DNA from: an uncultured Holophagales bacterium
Lineage (GTDB): Bacteria > Acidobacteriota > Thermoanaerobaculia > Multivoradales > UBA5704
Direction of reading: 5' to 3'
Length of the DNA stretch: 64,000 nucleotides
Assembly: GCA_963842525.1 (NCBI GenBank)
Contig: CAWJGT010000023.1
Coordinates: forward strand, 224,001-288,000
Under the pieces are notes generated by a model. It did no database searches, was not told the DNA's origin, and saw nothing but the letters and a program-made list of their open reading frames with translations. How positions within the stretch are numbered: the first letter of the stretch is position 1; each line of letters begins with the position of its first letter. This document shows, piece by piece, positions 10,302 to 19,378 of the stretch. The translations under genes were made by a program, and so were the position numbers.

Positions 10302-11201
10302 TTACTGGACTGGGATCGCGGTGAACGGGCCCGGCGCTGTCGAAATATTGCCGGCAACGCGGTTGTTCCCGGCCGACTCGATAGTCCCGGCGGCGGTAAT
10401 ACCAGCGTTGTTGTTGAAGATGTCGTTGTTGGAGAGGCGGATGATTGCGCCACCCAGGGAAGCGTTGATGCCGGCGACGTCGTTGAACGACACCTGGGAG
10501 CTATTCACGTTGATGCGGCTGGTCGCGGCACTGGCGAGGACCCCGTTCGAGGCGTTGCCAGCGATGACTGAATTGCTGATCGTGACCCGGCTGTTGTTGG
10601 CGCCCTCGATTCCGTTGGTCGTGCCCTCGAGGTGGACCCCGTCGAGCATGGCGCGGGCCAGACCACCGGTGGTGTTGACGAAGACGCCGGTGGGAACCTT
10701 GGTGATGTGGGTGTTCCTGACGAACAGTTCGGCGTTGGTCGTCACAGACATGTCGATGCCGCGCGTCGTGAAGCCGCTGATGGTGCAGTTGTCGACGACG
10801 AGGCTCTTGCCGGCAAGGAAGCGGATGCCGCTGATGCCATTCCCGGTACCATTGATCGAGATGTTGCGCAGGACGACCCTGTCGTTGACGCCGGCGTTGA
10901 CGATGACCCCGGTGGTGAGAGAGGCGAGGATGCCGGCGAGCGTGCCGTCGCCGTTGATGGTGATGGACTTGGTGATCGTGATGGCGCCGAAGCCGCCCGG
11001 ATCGAGAGTGGAGATCTCGCCTCCGGCCGCGGTCTTCGAAATGGCGCCTGCGAAAGTCTTGCAGGGAGCAGTGCGGCTGCACGGATTGGCGTCGTTGCCG
11101 ACGCCGGAGACCCAGGTGCGGGTGGCCTGCGCATTGGCGGCCGGCGCCGCCAGCAGGGCGAAGAGGGCGACGAACACAAACGCGGTCGCAAGTGGCTTCA
11201 T
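10302..11201 (-). CDS. Secreted right-handed beta-helix protein (paralog 1)
   Basis: Signal peptide, QATRTWVSGVGNDANPCSRTAPCKTFAGA, Asn/Gly/Ile-rich beta-helix repeats; AGGAGG RBS. Confidence 0.8.
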   Translation of the reverse strand: MKPLATAFVFVALFALLAAPAANAQATRTWVSGVGNDANPCSRTAPCKTFAGAISKTAAGGEISTLDPGGFGAITITKSITINGDGTLAGILASLTTGVIVNAGVNDRVVLRNISINGTGNGISGIRFLAGKSLVVDNCTISGFTTRGIDMSVTTNAELFVRNTHITKVPTGVFVNTTGGLARAMLDGVHLEGTTNGIEGANNSRVTISNSVIAGNASNGVLASAATSRINVNSSQVSFNDVAGINASLGGAIIRLSNNDIFNNNAGITAAGTIESAGNNRVAGNISTAPGPFTAIPVQ

Positions 11202-11365
11202 GAGCGGTTTTCCTCCTGTACCAGAACAACGTTAAATTCGCACTCGATGACCGGACACTAACCGGAAAGGACCGGCTGGAAAAGAGGCGTTCTATGGAGC
11301 TCCAGCGTTACAAACGGGAAATCTTACACTCAGCAAATATTTTAGCACACGAGGCGGAAAGCGAC

Positions 11366-11520
11366 TCCACTGGCTGCGAGGCGTCTCGTACGAGAGGCTC
11401 TGGGGCCCTGCGGGAGGTCTCCCCCACCGTCCGGCAGGGGAGATGATCGGCATCGTGGGCCCAACGGCGCAGTAAGAGCATGCTGCTCACCTACGTTTGA
11501 GCGGCCTCATAAGCCGCCAG
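11366..11520 (+). pseudogene. Degenerate, internally deleted copy of the Wzt ABC ATPase gene
   Basis: 11366-11490 aligns by eye to 13576-13704; 11498-11520 aligns to 14262-14284. Confidence 0.8.
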
Positions 11521-11564
11521 TGCCGGGCCGGGAAGACCCGGACCAGAATTCCCCGCGAGTTCTC

Positions 11565-12473
11565 TTACTGGACAGGGATGACGCCGTTGGGCGGCGTTGA
11601 CGCAGTATTGCCGCCAACGCGGTTATTTCCGGCCGACTCGACGGTCGCGCCGGCGGCGATGGTGATGCCCGAGACGGGGTGGTTGAAGATGTCGGTGTCG
11701 GAGATGCGGATGATTGAGCCGCTGACGGAAGCGTTGAGACCGGCGACGTCGTTGAACGACACCTGGGAGCTATTCACGTTGATGCGACTGAATGCCGAGC
11801 TGGTGAGGACCCCGTTCGAGGAGTTGCCAGCGATGACCGAATTGCTGATCGTGATCCGGCTGTTGAGGGCCCCCTCGACTCCGTTTGTCGTGCCCTCGAT
11901 GTGAACCCCGTCGAGCATGGCGCGGGCCAGACCCGTGGTCGTATTGACGAAGACGCCGGTGCCGACCTTGGTGATACGGGTATCCCTGACGAACAGATCG
12001 GCGTTGGTGGTCACAGACATGTCGATGCCGCGGGTGGTGAAGCCGCTGATGGTGCAGTTGTCGACGAGGACGCTCTTGCCGGCAAGGAAGCGGATGCCGT
12101 TGATGCCATTCCCGATACCGTTGATCGCGATGTTGCGCAGGACGACCCTGTCGCTGGCACCGGCGTTGACGATGACCGCGTTGGTGAGGGAGGCGATGAT
12201 GCCGGCGAGCGTGCCATCGCCGTTGATCGTAATGGATTTGGTGATCGTGACGGCGCCGAAGCTGCCCGGATCGAGGACGGAGATCTCGCCTCCCGCCGCG
12301 GTCTTTGAAATGGCGCCTGCGAAAGTCTTGCAGGGAGCGGTGCGGCTGCACGGGTTGGCGTCGTCGCCGACGCCGGAGACCCAGGTGCGGGTGGCCTGCG
12401 CGTGGGCGGCCGGGGCCGCCGCCAGAGCGAAGAGGGCGAGGCACACAACAAAGGCGGTGGTGAGCGACTTCAT
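11565..12473 (-). CDS. Secreted right-handed beta-helix protein (paralog 2)
   Basis: Highly similar to 10302-11201 over its whole length. Confidence 0.8.
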   Translation of the reverse strand: MKSLTTAFVVCLALFALAAAPAAHAQATRTWVSGVGDDANPCSRTAPCKTFAGAISKTAAGGEISVLDPGSFGAVTITKSITINGDGTLAGIIASLTNAVIVNAGASDRVVLRNIAINGIGNGINGIRFLAGKSVLVDNCTISGFTTRGIDMSVTTNADLFVRDTRITKVGTGVFVNTTTGLARAMLDGVHIEGTTNGVEGALNSRITISNSVIAGNSSNGVLTSSAFSRINVNSSQVSFNDVAGLNASVSGSIIRISDTDIFNHPVSGITIAAGATVESAGNNRVGGNTASTPPNGVIPVQ

Positions 12474-12693
12474 GAGCGGTTTCCTCCTGTACCAAGGACA
12501 ACGTTAAATTCGCACTCGATCACCGGACACTAACCGGAGAACCGGCTAGAAGTGAGGCGTTTCTATGGACCTCCAGCGTTAAAACGGGAAATCTACAGTC
12601 AACGTGTAGTTTAACACAGCGCCGCGGCAAGCGGCCCTGGATGCCGCGGCCCAACTTGCCATCCCGGACCAGGCGTTGTAGAAAGCAACCCGC

Positions 12694-13464
12694 ATGACGG
12701 ACGTCTTCCGCTACCGCGACCTGGTGCGCGCCCTGGTGGCGCGCGACCTCAAGGTGCGCTACCGGCGCTCGGCCATCGGCTTCCTCTGGACGATGCTCCA
12801 GCCGCTGCTGACGATGCTGGTGCTGCAGCTCGTCTTCAGCCAGATCTTCGCCATCCGCCTCGACTACGGCAATTACCCGATCTTCGCGTTGTCGGGCGTC
12901 CTCTTCTGGAACTTCTTCAGCCAGAGCATCGTAGCTTCGATGAACAGCCTCAAGGGCAACGCCATGCTCCTCCAGAAGCTGCCGGTGCCCAAGGCGGTGT
13001 TCCCGCTGGCCACCGTCATCTCCGGCGTCGTGAACCTGGTCTTCGCCCTGGTCCCCCTGCTGCTGATCCTGCTCATTACTGAGCACCACCTCCCGCCGAC
13101 CCTGCTCTTCCTGCCGGTGTCAATCCTGCTGGTGGCGCTCTTCACCCTGGGAGCGGGGCTCCTGCTGGCGCCGCTGGCCGTCTTCTTCAGCGATGTGGTG
13201 GAGCTGGTGGGCGTGCTCCTCATGCTGCTGATGTACCTGACGCCGGTCATCTACCCGAAGGAGATCGTGCCCGAGCACCTGCGCTGGATCATCCGCTTCA
13301 ATCCGGTGCGCTCGATCCTGGAAGTCTTCCGGGACCCCATCTACCAGCGCGAGATCCCGCCGCTCTCGCACCTGACAGTCTCGGTGGTCATCACCGCGCT
13401 CGTCCTCCTGCTCGGCATCTGGGTTTTCCGCCGCAGCAGCGACCGCATCCCGTTCTACGTGTGA
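12694..13464 (+). CDS. wzm: ABC-2 polysaccharide export permease (Wzm/TagG-like)
   Basis: RDLKVRYRRSAIGFLW..LQPL, YLTPVIYP, FNP motifs. Confidence 0.88.
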   Translation: MTDVFRYRDLVRALVARDLKVRYRRSAIGFLWTMLQPLLTMLVLQLVFSQIFAIRLDYGNYPIFALSGVLFWNFFSQSIVASMNSLKGNAMLLQKLPVPKAVFPLATVISGVVNLVFALVPLLLILLITEHHLPPTLLFLPVSILLVALFTLGAGLLLAPLAVFFSDVVELVGVLLMLLMYLTPVIYPKEIVPEHLRWIIRFNPVRSILEVFRDPIYQREIPPLSHLTVSVVITALVLLLGIWVFRRSSDRIPFYV

Positions 13465-14264
13465 GCGTCCGAGACCTGGAGATGACCGAACCCGAGCTGC
13501 GCGTCCACCTCCAAGAGGTCTCGCTCTGTTATCGCCTGGCGAAGCAAAGAATCCCGTCGCTCAAGGAGTACGCCATCCACTGGCTGCGGGGGGCGCTCTC
13601 GTACGAGAAGCTCTGGGCCCTGCGAGAGGTCTCCCTCACCGTCCGGCAGGGCGAGACAATCGGCATCGTGGGGCGCAACGGCGCGGGCAAGAGTACGCTG
13701 CTCAAGGTGATCTCCCGGGTGCTCAAGCCGACGGCCGGCCAGGCGGAGGTCCGCGGCAGCCTCTCCCCGATCCTCGAGCTCGGGACCGGCTTCGACCACG
13801 AGCTGACCGGCCTCGAGAACATCTTCCTGAACGCTCTCCTCCTGGGCCGCACGCGGCGCGAGATCGATGCCAGGGTCGAGGAGATCGTCGAGTTCAGCGG
13901 CCTGGGGGACTTCATCCGGACGCCGATCCGCAACTACTCGTCCGGCATGCTGGCGCGCCTCGGCTTCTCCGTCGCCACCGCCTGGGTGCCCGAGATCCTG
14001 ATCCTCGACGAGGTCCTGGCCGTGGGAGACGCCGCCTTCACCCAGAAGTGCGAAGAGCGGATCCGCCAGTTCCACGACGCCGGCACGACGGTCTTGATGG
14101 TCTCGCACAGCGCGAAGGCCGTGCGCGACAACTGCAGCCGGTGCGTCTGGCTCGACGCCGGACGGCTGCGTGCCGACGGTCCCACCGAGGAGGTTCTCCG
14201 CCTCTACGCTCACGCAGGCACCGAGCCGGACCAGCGGCCGGCCGGTCAGCTCCACCTGGGGTGA
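13461..14264 (+). CDS. wzt: ABC polysaccharide export ATP-binding protein (Wzt/TagH-like)
   Basis: Walker A GRNGAGKST, YSSGMLARLGFS signature, ILILDEVLAVGD. Confidence 0.9.
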   Translation: MSVRDLEMTEPELRVHLQEVSLCYRLAKQRIPSLKEYAIHWLRGALSYEKLWALREVSLTVRQGETIGIVGRNGAGKSTLLKVISRVLKPTAGQAEVRGSLSPILELGTGFDHELTGLENIFLNALLLGRTRREIDARVEEIVEFSGLGDFIRTPIRNYSSGMLARLGFSVATAWVPEILILDEVLAVGDAAFTQKCEERIRQFHDAGTTVLMVSHSAKAVRDNCSRCVWLDAGRLRADGPTEEVLRLYAHAGTEPDQRPAGQLHLG

Positions 14265-15430
14265 GCGGCCTCATAGGCGGCCAGCAGGTCCGCCGCCACG
14301 CGGCCCGGGTCGTGGCGCTCCAGCAGGGCTCGCCTCCCTTCCTCGACCAGCCGCACGACCAGCTCCGGCTCGCCCTGGAGGCGGCCGATCGCGCGGGCGA
14401 AACCCGCTGCATCGCGAGCGACCAGCGCCTCCCGGCCGTCCACCGCCTCCAGGCCGGCCAGGGCCTCCGGAGTCCCGACGACCGGCACGCCGCGCGCCCA
14501 AGCCTCGAGGACTTTCATCCGCACGCCGGAGGCGATGCGGAGCGGCACGGCCAGGATCGAGCCGGGAGCGAAGGCTTCGTCGCTGTCGCGCGGCGCCGGG
14601 CGGACCGCGATGCTCTCCGGAAGCCCCCTCCCGGGACCGGCGCCGAAGAGGTGGAGCCGCGCGCCGGGAAGCCCGGCCGCGACGGCCGGCCAGACCTCGG
14701 CGAGGAACCAGTCCGTCGCGTCCTCGTTCGGCAGCCATCCCCGGCTGCCGAGGACGACGACCGGCGGCTCTCCGGGCAGGGGCGGGACCGCTGCGGCGGG
14801 AAGCCCTGGGAAGGGCGCGCGGACCACACGGACCTCGCCGCTCCCGTGGGCCAGCTCCTGCAGTCGCGAGGCGTCCTCGGTCGTCAGCGCGAGCGTGAGG
14901 GCCACGCGCCGCACCGACTCCCCCTCCCAGCGGGCCAGGCGCCGCGCCTCGACGGCGAGCAGTAATCCCCGCCAGCCCCGCCAGCCGCCACGCCTCCGGG
15001 CGGTCGCCGCCCAGAGGTCGCTCTCCACGTTCTGGGCGCGCAGCACCACCGGCACGCCACGGGCGAACGCGGAGGCGGCCTGCGGCAGGGCCTGGAGCTG
15101 CTCGGCGTGCATTACGTTGAACCGTTCCGCCGCGAGCCGCCTCTCCACTTCCCGGCGCACAGCCGGCAGCGCATGGCGGGCCACCGACCAGGGAGCACGC
15201 AGGAACCGGAGCGGCGCCCAGGCAGGCCGGGCTGGCACCAGGAACGGCTCGCAAAAAGCCGCCAGCTCCTTCCGGACCCGCTCCAGATCGAAGGCCGCCG
15301 GGTCCACGGGCGCTACCAGGGTCGGCCGGACCCCGACGACGGCGAGCGCCCGCAGGGTGTTCCCGAGCAGGAGCCGGCCGCCGTCGACGGGGGGCCAGGG
15401 GGCCTTGGTGGCGACGATCAGGACCTTCAA
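14246..15430 (-). CDS. Glycosyltransferase family 4
   Basis: PWPPVDGG, QNVES, PN.DA..WFL.EVWP, VPLRIASGVRMKVLEAWARGVPVV. Confidence 0.88.
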   Translation of the reverse strand: MKVLIVATKAPWPPVDGGRLLLGNTLRALAVVGVRPTLVAPVDPAAFDLERVRKELAAFCEPFLVPARPAWAPLRFLRAPWSVARHALPAVRREVERRLAAERFNVMHAEQLQALPQAASAFARGVPVVLRAQNVESDLWAATARRRGGWRGWRGLLLAVEARRLARWEGESVRRVALTLALTTEDASRLQELAHGSGEVRVVRAPFPGLPAAAVPPLPGEPPVVVLGSRGWLPNEDATDWFLAEVWPAVAAGLPGARLHLFGAGPGRGLPESIAVRPAPRDSDEAFAPGSILAVPLRIASGVRMKVLEAWARGVPVVGTPEALAGLEAVDGREALVARDAAGFARAIGRLQGEPELVVRLVEEGRRALLERHDPGRVAADLLAAYEAAHPRWS

Positions 15431-15678
15431 GCGAGGCCGATGCTAGCATCCGCCGCCATGGAAGCCTCCCGACGCCAGATCCTGGCCGGCGGTGCTCAGG
15501 ACGCCGAGGCGGTCACCTTCGAGAACTTGAAGGAGATCGGCGAAGACGACCTCACCGTGGTCGAGAACCGCGTCCAGACTCTGACCCCGGGGGTAGCCCG
15601 CGGCCGGCTGAGGTCGAGGTCGACGCGACTGCCGGCACCATCCGGATGCTCGAGCCGGCGGTCGTCTAGGGGCGCCCC

Positions 15679-16077
15679 CATAGGAGCTAACTTAGCCATC
15701 CCGCGGCGGGGAGCCACAAAGCCTGCGGGCGGATGTGCGAAAGGCGTGATCGGGACCGCGGTCCGCGTGACCGGGACCACGAAACGCCGACTGCGGACCA
15801 TGGTCCGTGTGACCGGACTCGCGAATCCGGACCGAGCTTCGCGGTCCGCGCTCCTGGGAGCGCGGTCCCTGTCACAGGGACCACACCTCCAGTCACAGGG
15901 ACCACGGTCCGCGTCACGCCTTTGGCGGTCCCCGCAATACGGACCGCGAAACCCGGACGCGTTTTGTGGTCCCAGCGACAGGGAGCACGGAACCAGTGGC
16001 AGGGACCGCGGCCCCGATGGCGGACTGTGCCATTCTCCGTCCCCAGGATTCCCTCCAACACAAAGTTAGCGCCTATG
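15679..16077. repeat. Degenerate 21-bp-period array bounded by inverted repeats
   Basis: CATAGGAGCTAACTT (15679) and AAGTTAGCGCCTATG (16063) are inverted with one mismatch; (G/C)GGACC recurs at 15752, 15773, 15794, 15877, 15898 and beyond. Confidence 0.6.
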
Positions 16078-16172
16078 AGGGGCGGCCCCCCACCCCCGGA
16101 ATCCGTTCGCCCGAAAAAAGTCGGACGAGTTATGCAAGATTCGGGGTGCGTTTTACGTCTTTTATAAGGGTG

Positions 16173-17696
16173 ATGCTAGCCAGAGCCATCACCGCCACGC
16201 CCTGGGGTATCGACGCCCGCCCAGTCCAGGTCGAAGTCGACGTCCACAATGGACTGCCGCAGGTTCAAATCGTCGGGCTCGCCGACGCCGCGGTTCGCGA
16301 GAGCCGTGAGCGGGTGCGCGCCGCGATCAAGAACTGCGGCTACGACCTGGCCCCGAAGTCCGTCATCATCAACCTCGCCCCCGCCGACCTCCGCAAGGAG
16401 GGCAACCACCTCGACCTGGCCATCGCCCTGGCCCTGCTCGCCGCACACGAGGAGATCCCGCTGGAGATTCTCCAGGGCCGCCTCCTCTGCGGCGAGCTCG
16501 GTCTGGACGGCACGATCCGCTCCGTCCGCGGCGGCCTCGCGCTCGCCGACCTGGGGCAGCGTCTCGGCGTCGAGGAAGTCCTGCTGCCGGCCGCCAACGC
16601 CGCCGAAGCCGCGGCGCTCGGCGTCGCCAGGGTGATCGGTGTCGCCAGCCTGTCCGAGGCGCTCGGGCACCTTCTGGGACGAGCCCCGCTGCCGGCCGTC
16701 GAGCCGCTCCCGATCTCCATCCAGGTGGCGGAGACAGCACCGGACCTCTCCGAGGTGCGCGGCCAGGAGGCCGCCAAGCGCGCCCTGGAGGTGGCCGCTG
16801 CGGGAGGACACAACCTCATCTTCATCGGTCCGCCGGGGTCGGGCAAGACCATGCTCGCCCGGCGCCTGCCCGGTCTGCTGCCGCCCCTCACCCTGGCGGA
16901 GTCGATCGAGGTCACCAAGGTCCACTCCCTGGTCGCCGAAGAGCCGCCGGCCGGGCTGATCCACCGCCGCCCCTTCCGCAGCCCCCATACCGGAATCAGC
17001 ACAGCCGGCCTGGTCGGAGGCGGCAGCTCGCCGCGCCCTGGCGAGGCGAGCCTGGCGCACAACGGCGTCCTCTTCCTCGACGAGCTGCCGGAGTTCCGGC
17101 GCGACACCCTGGAGGCGCTGCGCCAGCCGCTCGAAGAAGGGCACGTCACGGTGGTCCGCGTCCGCGCCCACCTGGTCTTCCCCGCCCGTTTTTCTTTATT
17201 GGCCGCCCTTAACCCATGTCCTTGCGGCCATTTAGGGGATCCTCGGCACGACTGTCGATGTCCGCCACCGCTCATCGAGCGCTATCGCAGCCGCATCTCC
17301 GGTCCCCTGCTCGACCGCATCGACCTGCACGTCGAGGTGCCGGCCGTGAGCCTGCGGGAACTGCGTTCGGGACCCGGAGAGCCGACCGCCACCGTCGCAG
17401 CCCGGGTGGAGGCCGCCCGGGCCATTCAGCGCGAGCGCTTCGGTCCGGCCGCCTCGACACCGGTCAACGCCACCATGGGGACAGAGGCACTGCGGCACTT
17501 CTGCGCCGTCGACCCAGCCGGCCGTGCCCTGCTCGATCGTGCCTTCGAAAAACTCGGCCTCTCCGCCCGCGCCCTCGATCGCATCCTCAAGGTGGCCCGC
17601 ACCATCGCCGACCTCGCCGGCAGCGACGAAGTCCGCGCCGCGCACTTGGCCGAGGCCATCCAGTACAGGACTCTCGACCGGAGGGTGACGGTATGA
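16173..17696 (+). CDS. comM: YifB/ComM Mg-chelatase-like AAA+ ATPase
   Basis: VRESRERVRAA, NLAPADLRKEG, GPPGSGKT, LAHNGVLFLDELPEF, NPCPCG, SGPLLDRID. Confidence 0.95.
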   Translation: MLARAITATPWGIDARPVQVEVDVHNGLPQVQIVGLADAAVRESRERVRAAIKNCGYDLAPKSVIINLAPADLRKEGNHLDLAIALALLAAHEEIPLEILQGRLLCGELGLDGTIRSVRGGLALADLGQRLGVEEVLLPAANAAEAAALGVARVIGVASLSEALGHLLGRAPLPAVEPLPISIQVAETAPDLSEVRGQEAAKRALEVAAAGGHNLIFIGPPGSGKTMLARRLPGLLPPLTLAESIEVTKVHSLVAEEPPAGLIHRRPFRSPHTGISTAGLVGGGSSPRPGEASLAHNGVLFLDELPEFRRDTLEALRQPLEEGHVTVVRVRAHLVFPARFSLLAALNPCPCGHLGDPRHDCRCPPPLIERYRSRISGPLLDRIDLHVEVPAVSLRELRSGPGEPTATVAARVEAARAIQRERFGPAASTPVNATMGTEALRHFCAVDPAGRALLDRAFEKLGLSARALDRILKVARTIADLAGSDEVRAAHLAEAIQYRTLDRRVTV

Positions 17697-17699
17697 GAG

Positions 17700-17815
17700 G
17701 AGGCGGAGTCTTCCGTCGACTATTGGGTTGACGGCCCGATCACCGAGTTCATCGAGGATGTCTGGCGTCTCATGGAGGAACAGAAGGTCTCCCGGGCCGA
17801 GCTCGCGCGGCGGCC
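17700..17815 (+). pseudogene. Fragment of an XRE-type HTH regulator/antitoxin
   Basis: Frame reads EAESSVDYWVDGPITEFIEDVWRLMEEQKVSRAELARR, then similarity is lost; no intact start or second HTH helix. Confidence 0.5.
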
Positions 17816-18138
17816 GCGGCGGCGCGGTCATCGTGAAGCTGCGAGAAGGGGCGCCTTCGAGGCAGCCACTCCCGAGCCCCTCTCTCTAGGAGCGGTTGGC
17901 TCCCCAGCGGCAAGCTCCTGCCTCTTGTCCCAGGGCATACCTCGCGGAGCACCCTGTTGAGTGGGGGGCGGATGGATTGTGCCGTCAGCCAGACGTTGTC
18001 CCGGCTGCTCTGACGATCCTCGCAGGCAAGTGAGCTTGAAACATGCGGTCGTTGCCGCTACACTTCGATCGCTGAACATAAGCGTCCAAGTTGTCTGACG
18101 AACGATCGGTGGGAAACTCCACCAGGCGAGAACCTGCC

Positions 18139-18744
18139 ATGCGGCTCGGTCGAGCACATACGACGATCTTGGCGGCGGCCCCGCTTCTGCTGCTGCTCGT
18201 TGGCTGCAGGCCCTCTCAGAAGTTCAACGGCGAGGTGGTGGAGCCCGCTCAGCCGGCGCCGGAGCTCACCGGCGTCAACTGGGACGGCAAGCCCTTCCGC
18301 CTGAGCGAGCACAGCGGCAAGGTGACGGTGGTCTTTTTTGGTTACACCTACTGCCCTGACGTCTGCCCGTTCACGCTCGCCAAGATGAAGCAGATCTACA
18401 GCAAGCTCGGGGACCAGGCCGCGGGCATGCAGGTGGTCTTCGCCTCTGTCGATCCGCAGCGGGACACGGTCGAGAAGCTGTCGCGCTACGTGCCAAGCTT
18501 CGACCGCCGCTTCTACGGCCTGCGCCTCGAGCCGAAGGACATCGAGGCGGCGACCAAGGGCTTCGGCCTGACCGTCCAGTACGGGCAGCCGAAGAACGGC
18601 CCGGAGTCGAAGAGCTACTACTACGTGGACCACACCGGCACTTTCTTCGTCCTCGACCGTGCAGGGCGGCTACGGCTCAAGTTCCCGCCCAATGCCACGG
18701 TCGAGCAGATGCTGCCGGACCTCGAGAAGCTGCTCGCGACCTGA
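18139..18744 (+). CDS. SCO1/SenC family copper-binding lipoprotein
   Basis: Lipobox LVGC, FFGYTYCPDVCP, SVDPQRDT, YYVDHT. Confidence 0.93.
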   Translation: MRLGRAHTTILAAAPLLLLLVGCRPSQKFNGEVVEPAQPAPELTGVNWDGKPFRLSEHSGKVTVVFFGYTYCPDVCPFTLAKMKQIYSKLGDQAAGMQVVFASVDPQRDTVEKLSRYVPSFDRRFYGLRLEPKDIEAATKGFGLTVQYGQPKNGPESKSYYYVDHTGTFFVLDRAGRLRLKFPPNATVEQMLPDLEKLLAT

Positions 18745-18781
18745 CCGGCGGGCGCGCCTGCCGGCCCGAGAAGGAGGGTGG

Positions 18782-19372
18782 ATGCCGAGCCGAGACATTG
18801 GAGCCCTCAACCTGCTGCCGGGCCTGTGCCTCGGCATCGCTCTCTTCGCAGCGACGGGCGGCTGCGGCGGACCGGCGGCCGAAACCGGGCAGACCGTGGC
18901 GGACCGGCTGGAGGTCCGCGACCCGCGGGTCACCATGACACCGGACGCCGGGGCCGTCTATCTGACCGTGGTCAATCCGGGCCCGCGGGAGGACCGCCTG
19001 CTGCGCGTCGAGACCGCCGCGGCGCGCGGCGCCCAGATCCATGAAAGCATCGAGGAAAACGGCGTGATGCGCATGGTGGCGCACCCGGAAGGCTTGACGG
19101 TCCCTGCCGCCGGCAAGCTGGAGCTGCAACCCGGGGGCAAGCACATCATGCTGATCGGGCCGCACGTGCCGGCGGGAGTGGGGGGCACGATGGGGTTGAC
19201 CCTGCACTTCGAGCACGCCGGGGCGATCGAGGTGCAGGCGGTCCTCGCGGGAGTGGAGGACATGGATCACAGCGGGCACGCCATGGACCACGGCGCCATG
19301 GGTCACGAGGGGATGAATCACGAGGGCATGGACCACGGCGAGCACGCCGGGAAACCCGGCGGAGGGAGCTGA
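18782..19372 (+). CDS. Copper chaperone PCu(A)C with His/Met-rich tail
   Basis: GAVYL, IHES...GVMRM, LQPGGKHIML; tail MDHSGHAMDHGAMGHEGMNHEGMDHGEH. Confidence 0.92.
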   Translation: MPSRDIGALNLLPGLCLGIALFAATGGCGGPAAETGQTVADRLEVRDPRVTMTPDAGAVYLTVVNPGPREDRLLRVETAAARGAQIHESIEENGVMRMVAHPEGLTVPAAGKLELQPGGKHIMLIGPHVPAGVGGTMGLTLHFEHAGAIEVQAVLAGVEDMDHSGHAMDHGAMGHEGMNHEGMDHGEHAGKPGGGS

Positions 19373-19378
19373 GCCGCG

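Noticed and set aside
15458-15670. Short ORF MEASRRQILAGG...
   Set aside because: No recognisable family and it runs into the repeat array; at most a gene remnant.
18040-18095. CGCTGAACATAAGCGT resembling an attC right half
   Set aside because: No GTT core and no matching R''/L'' arm was found.
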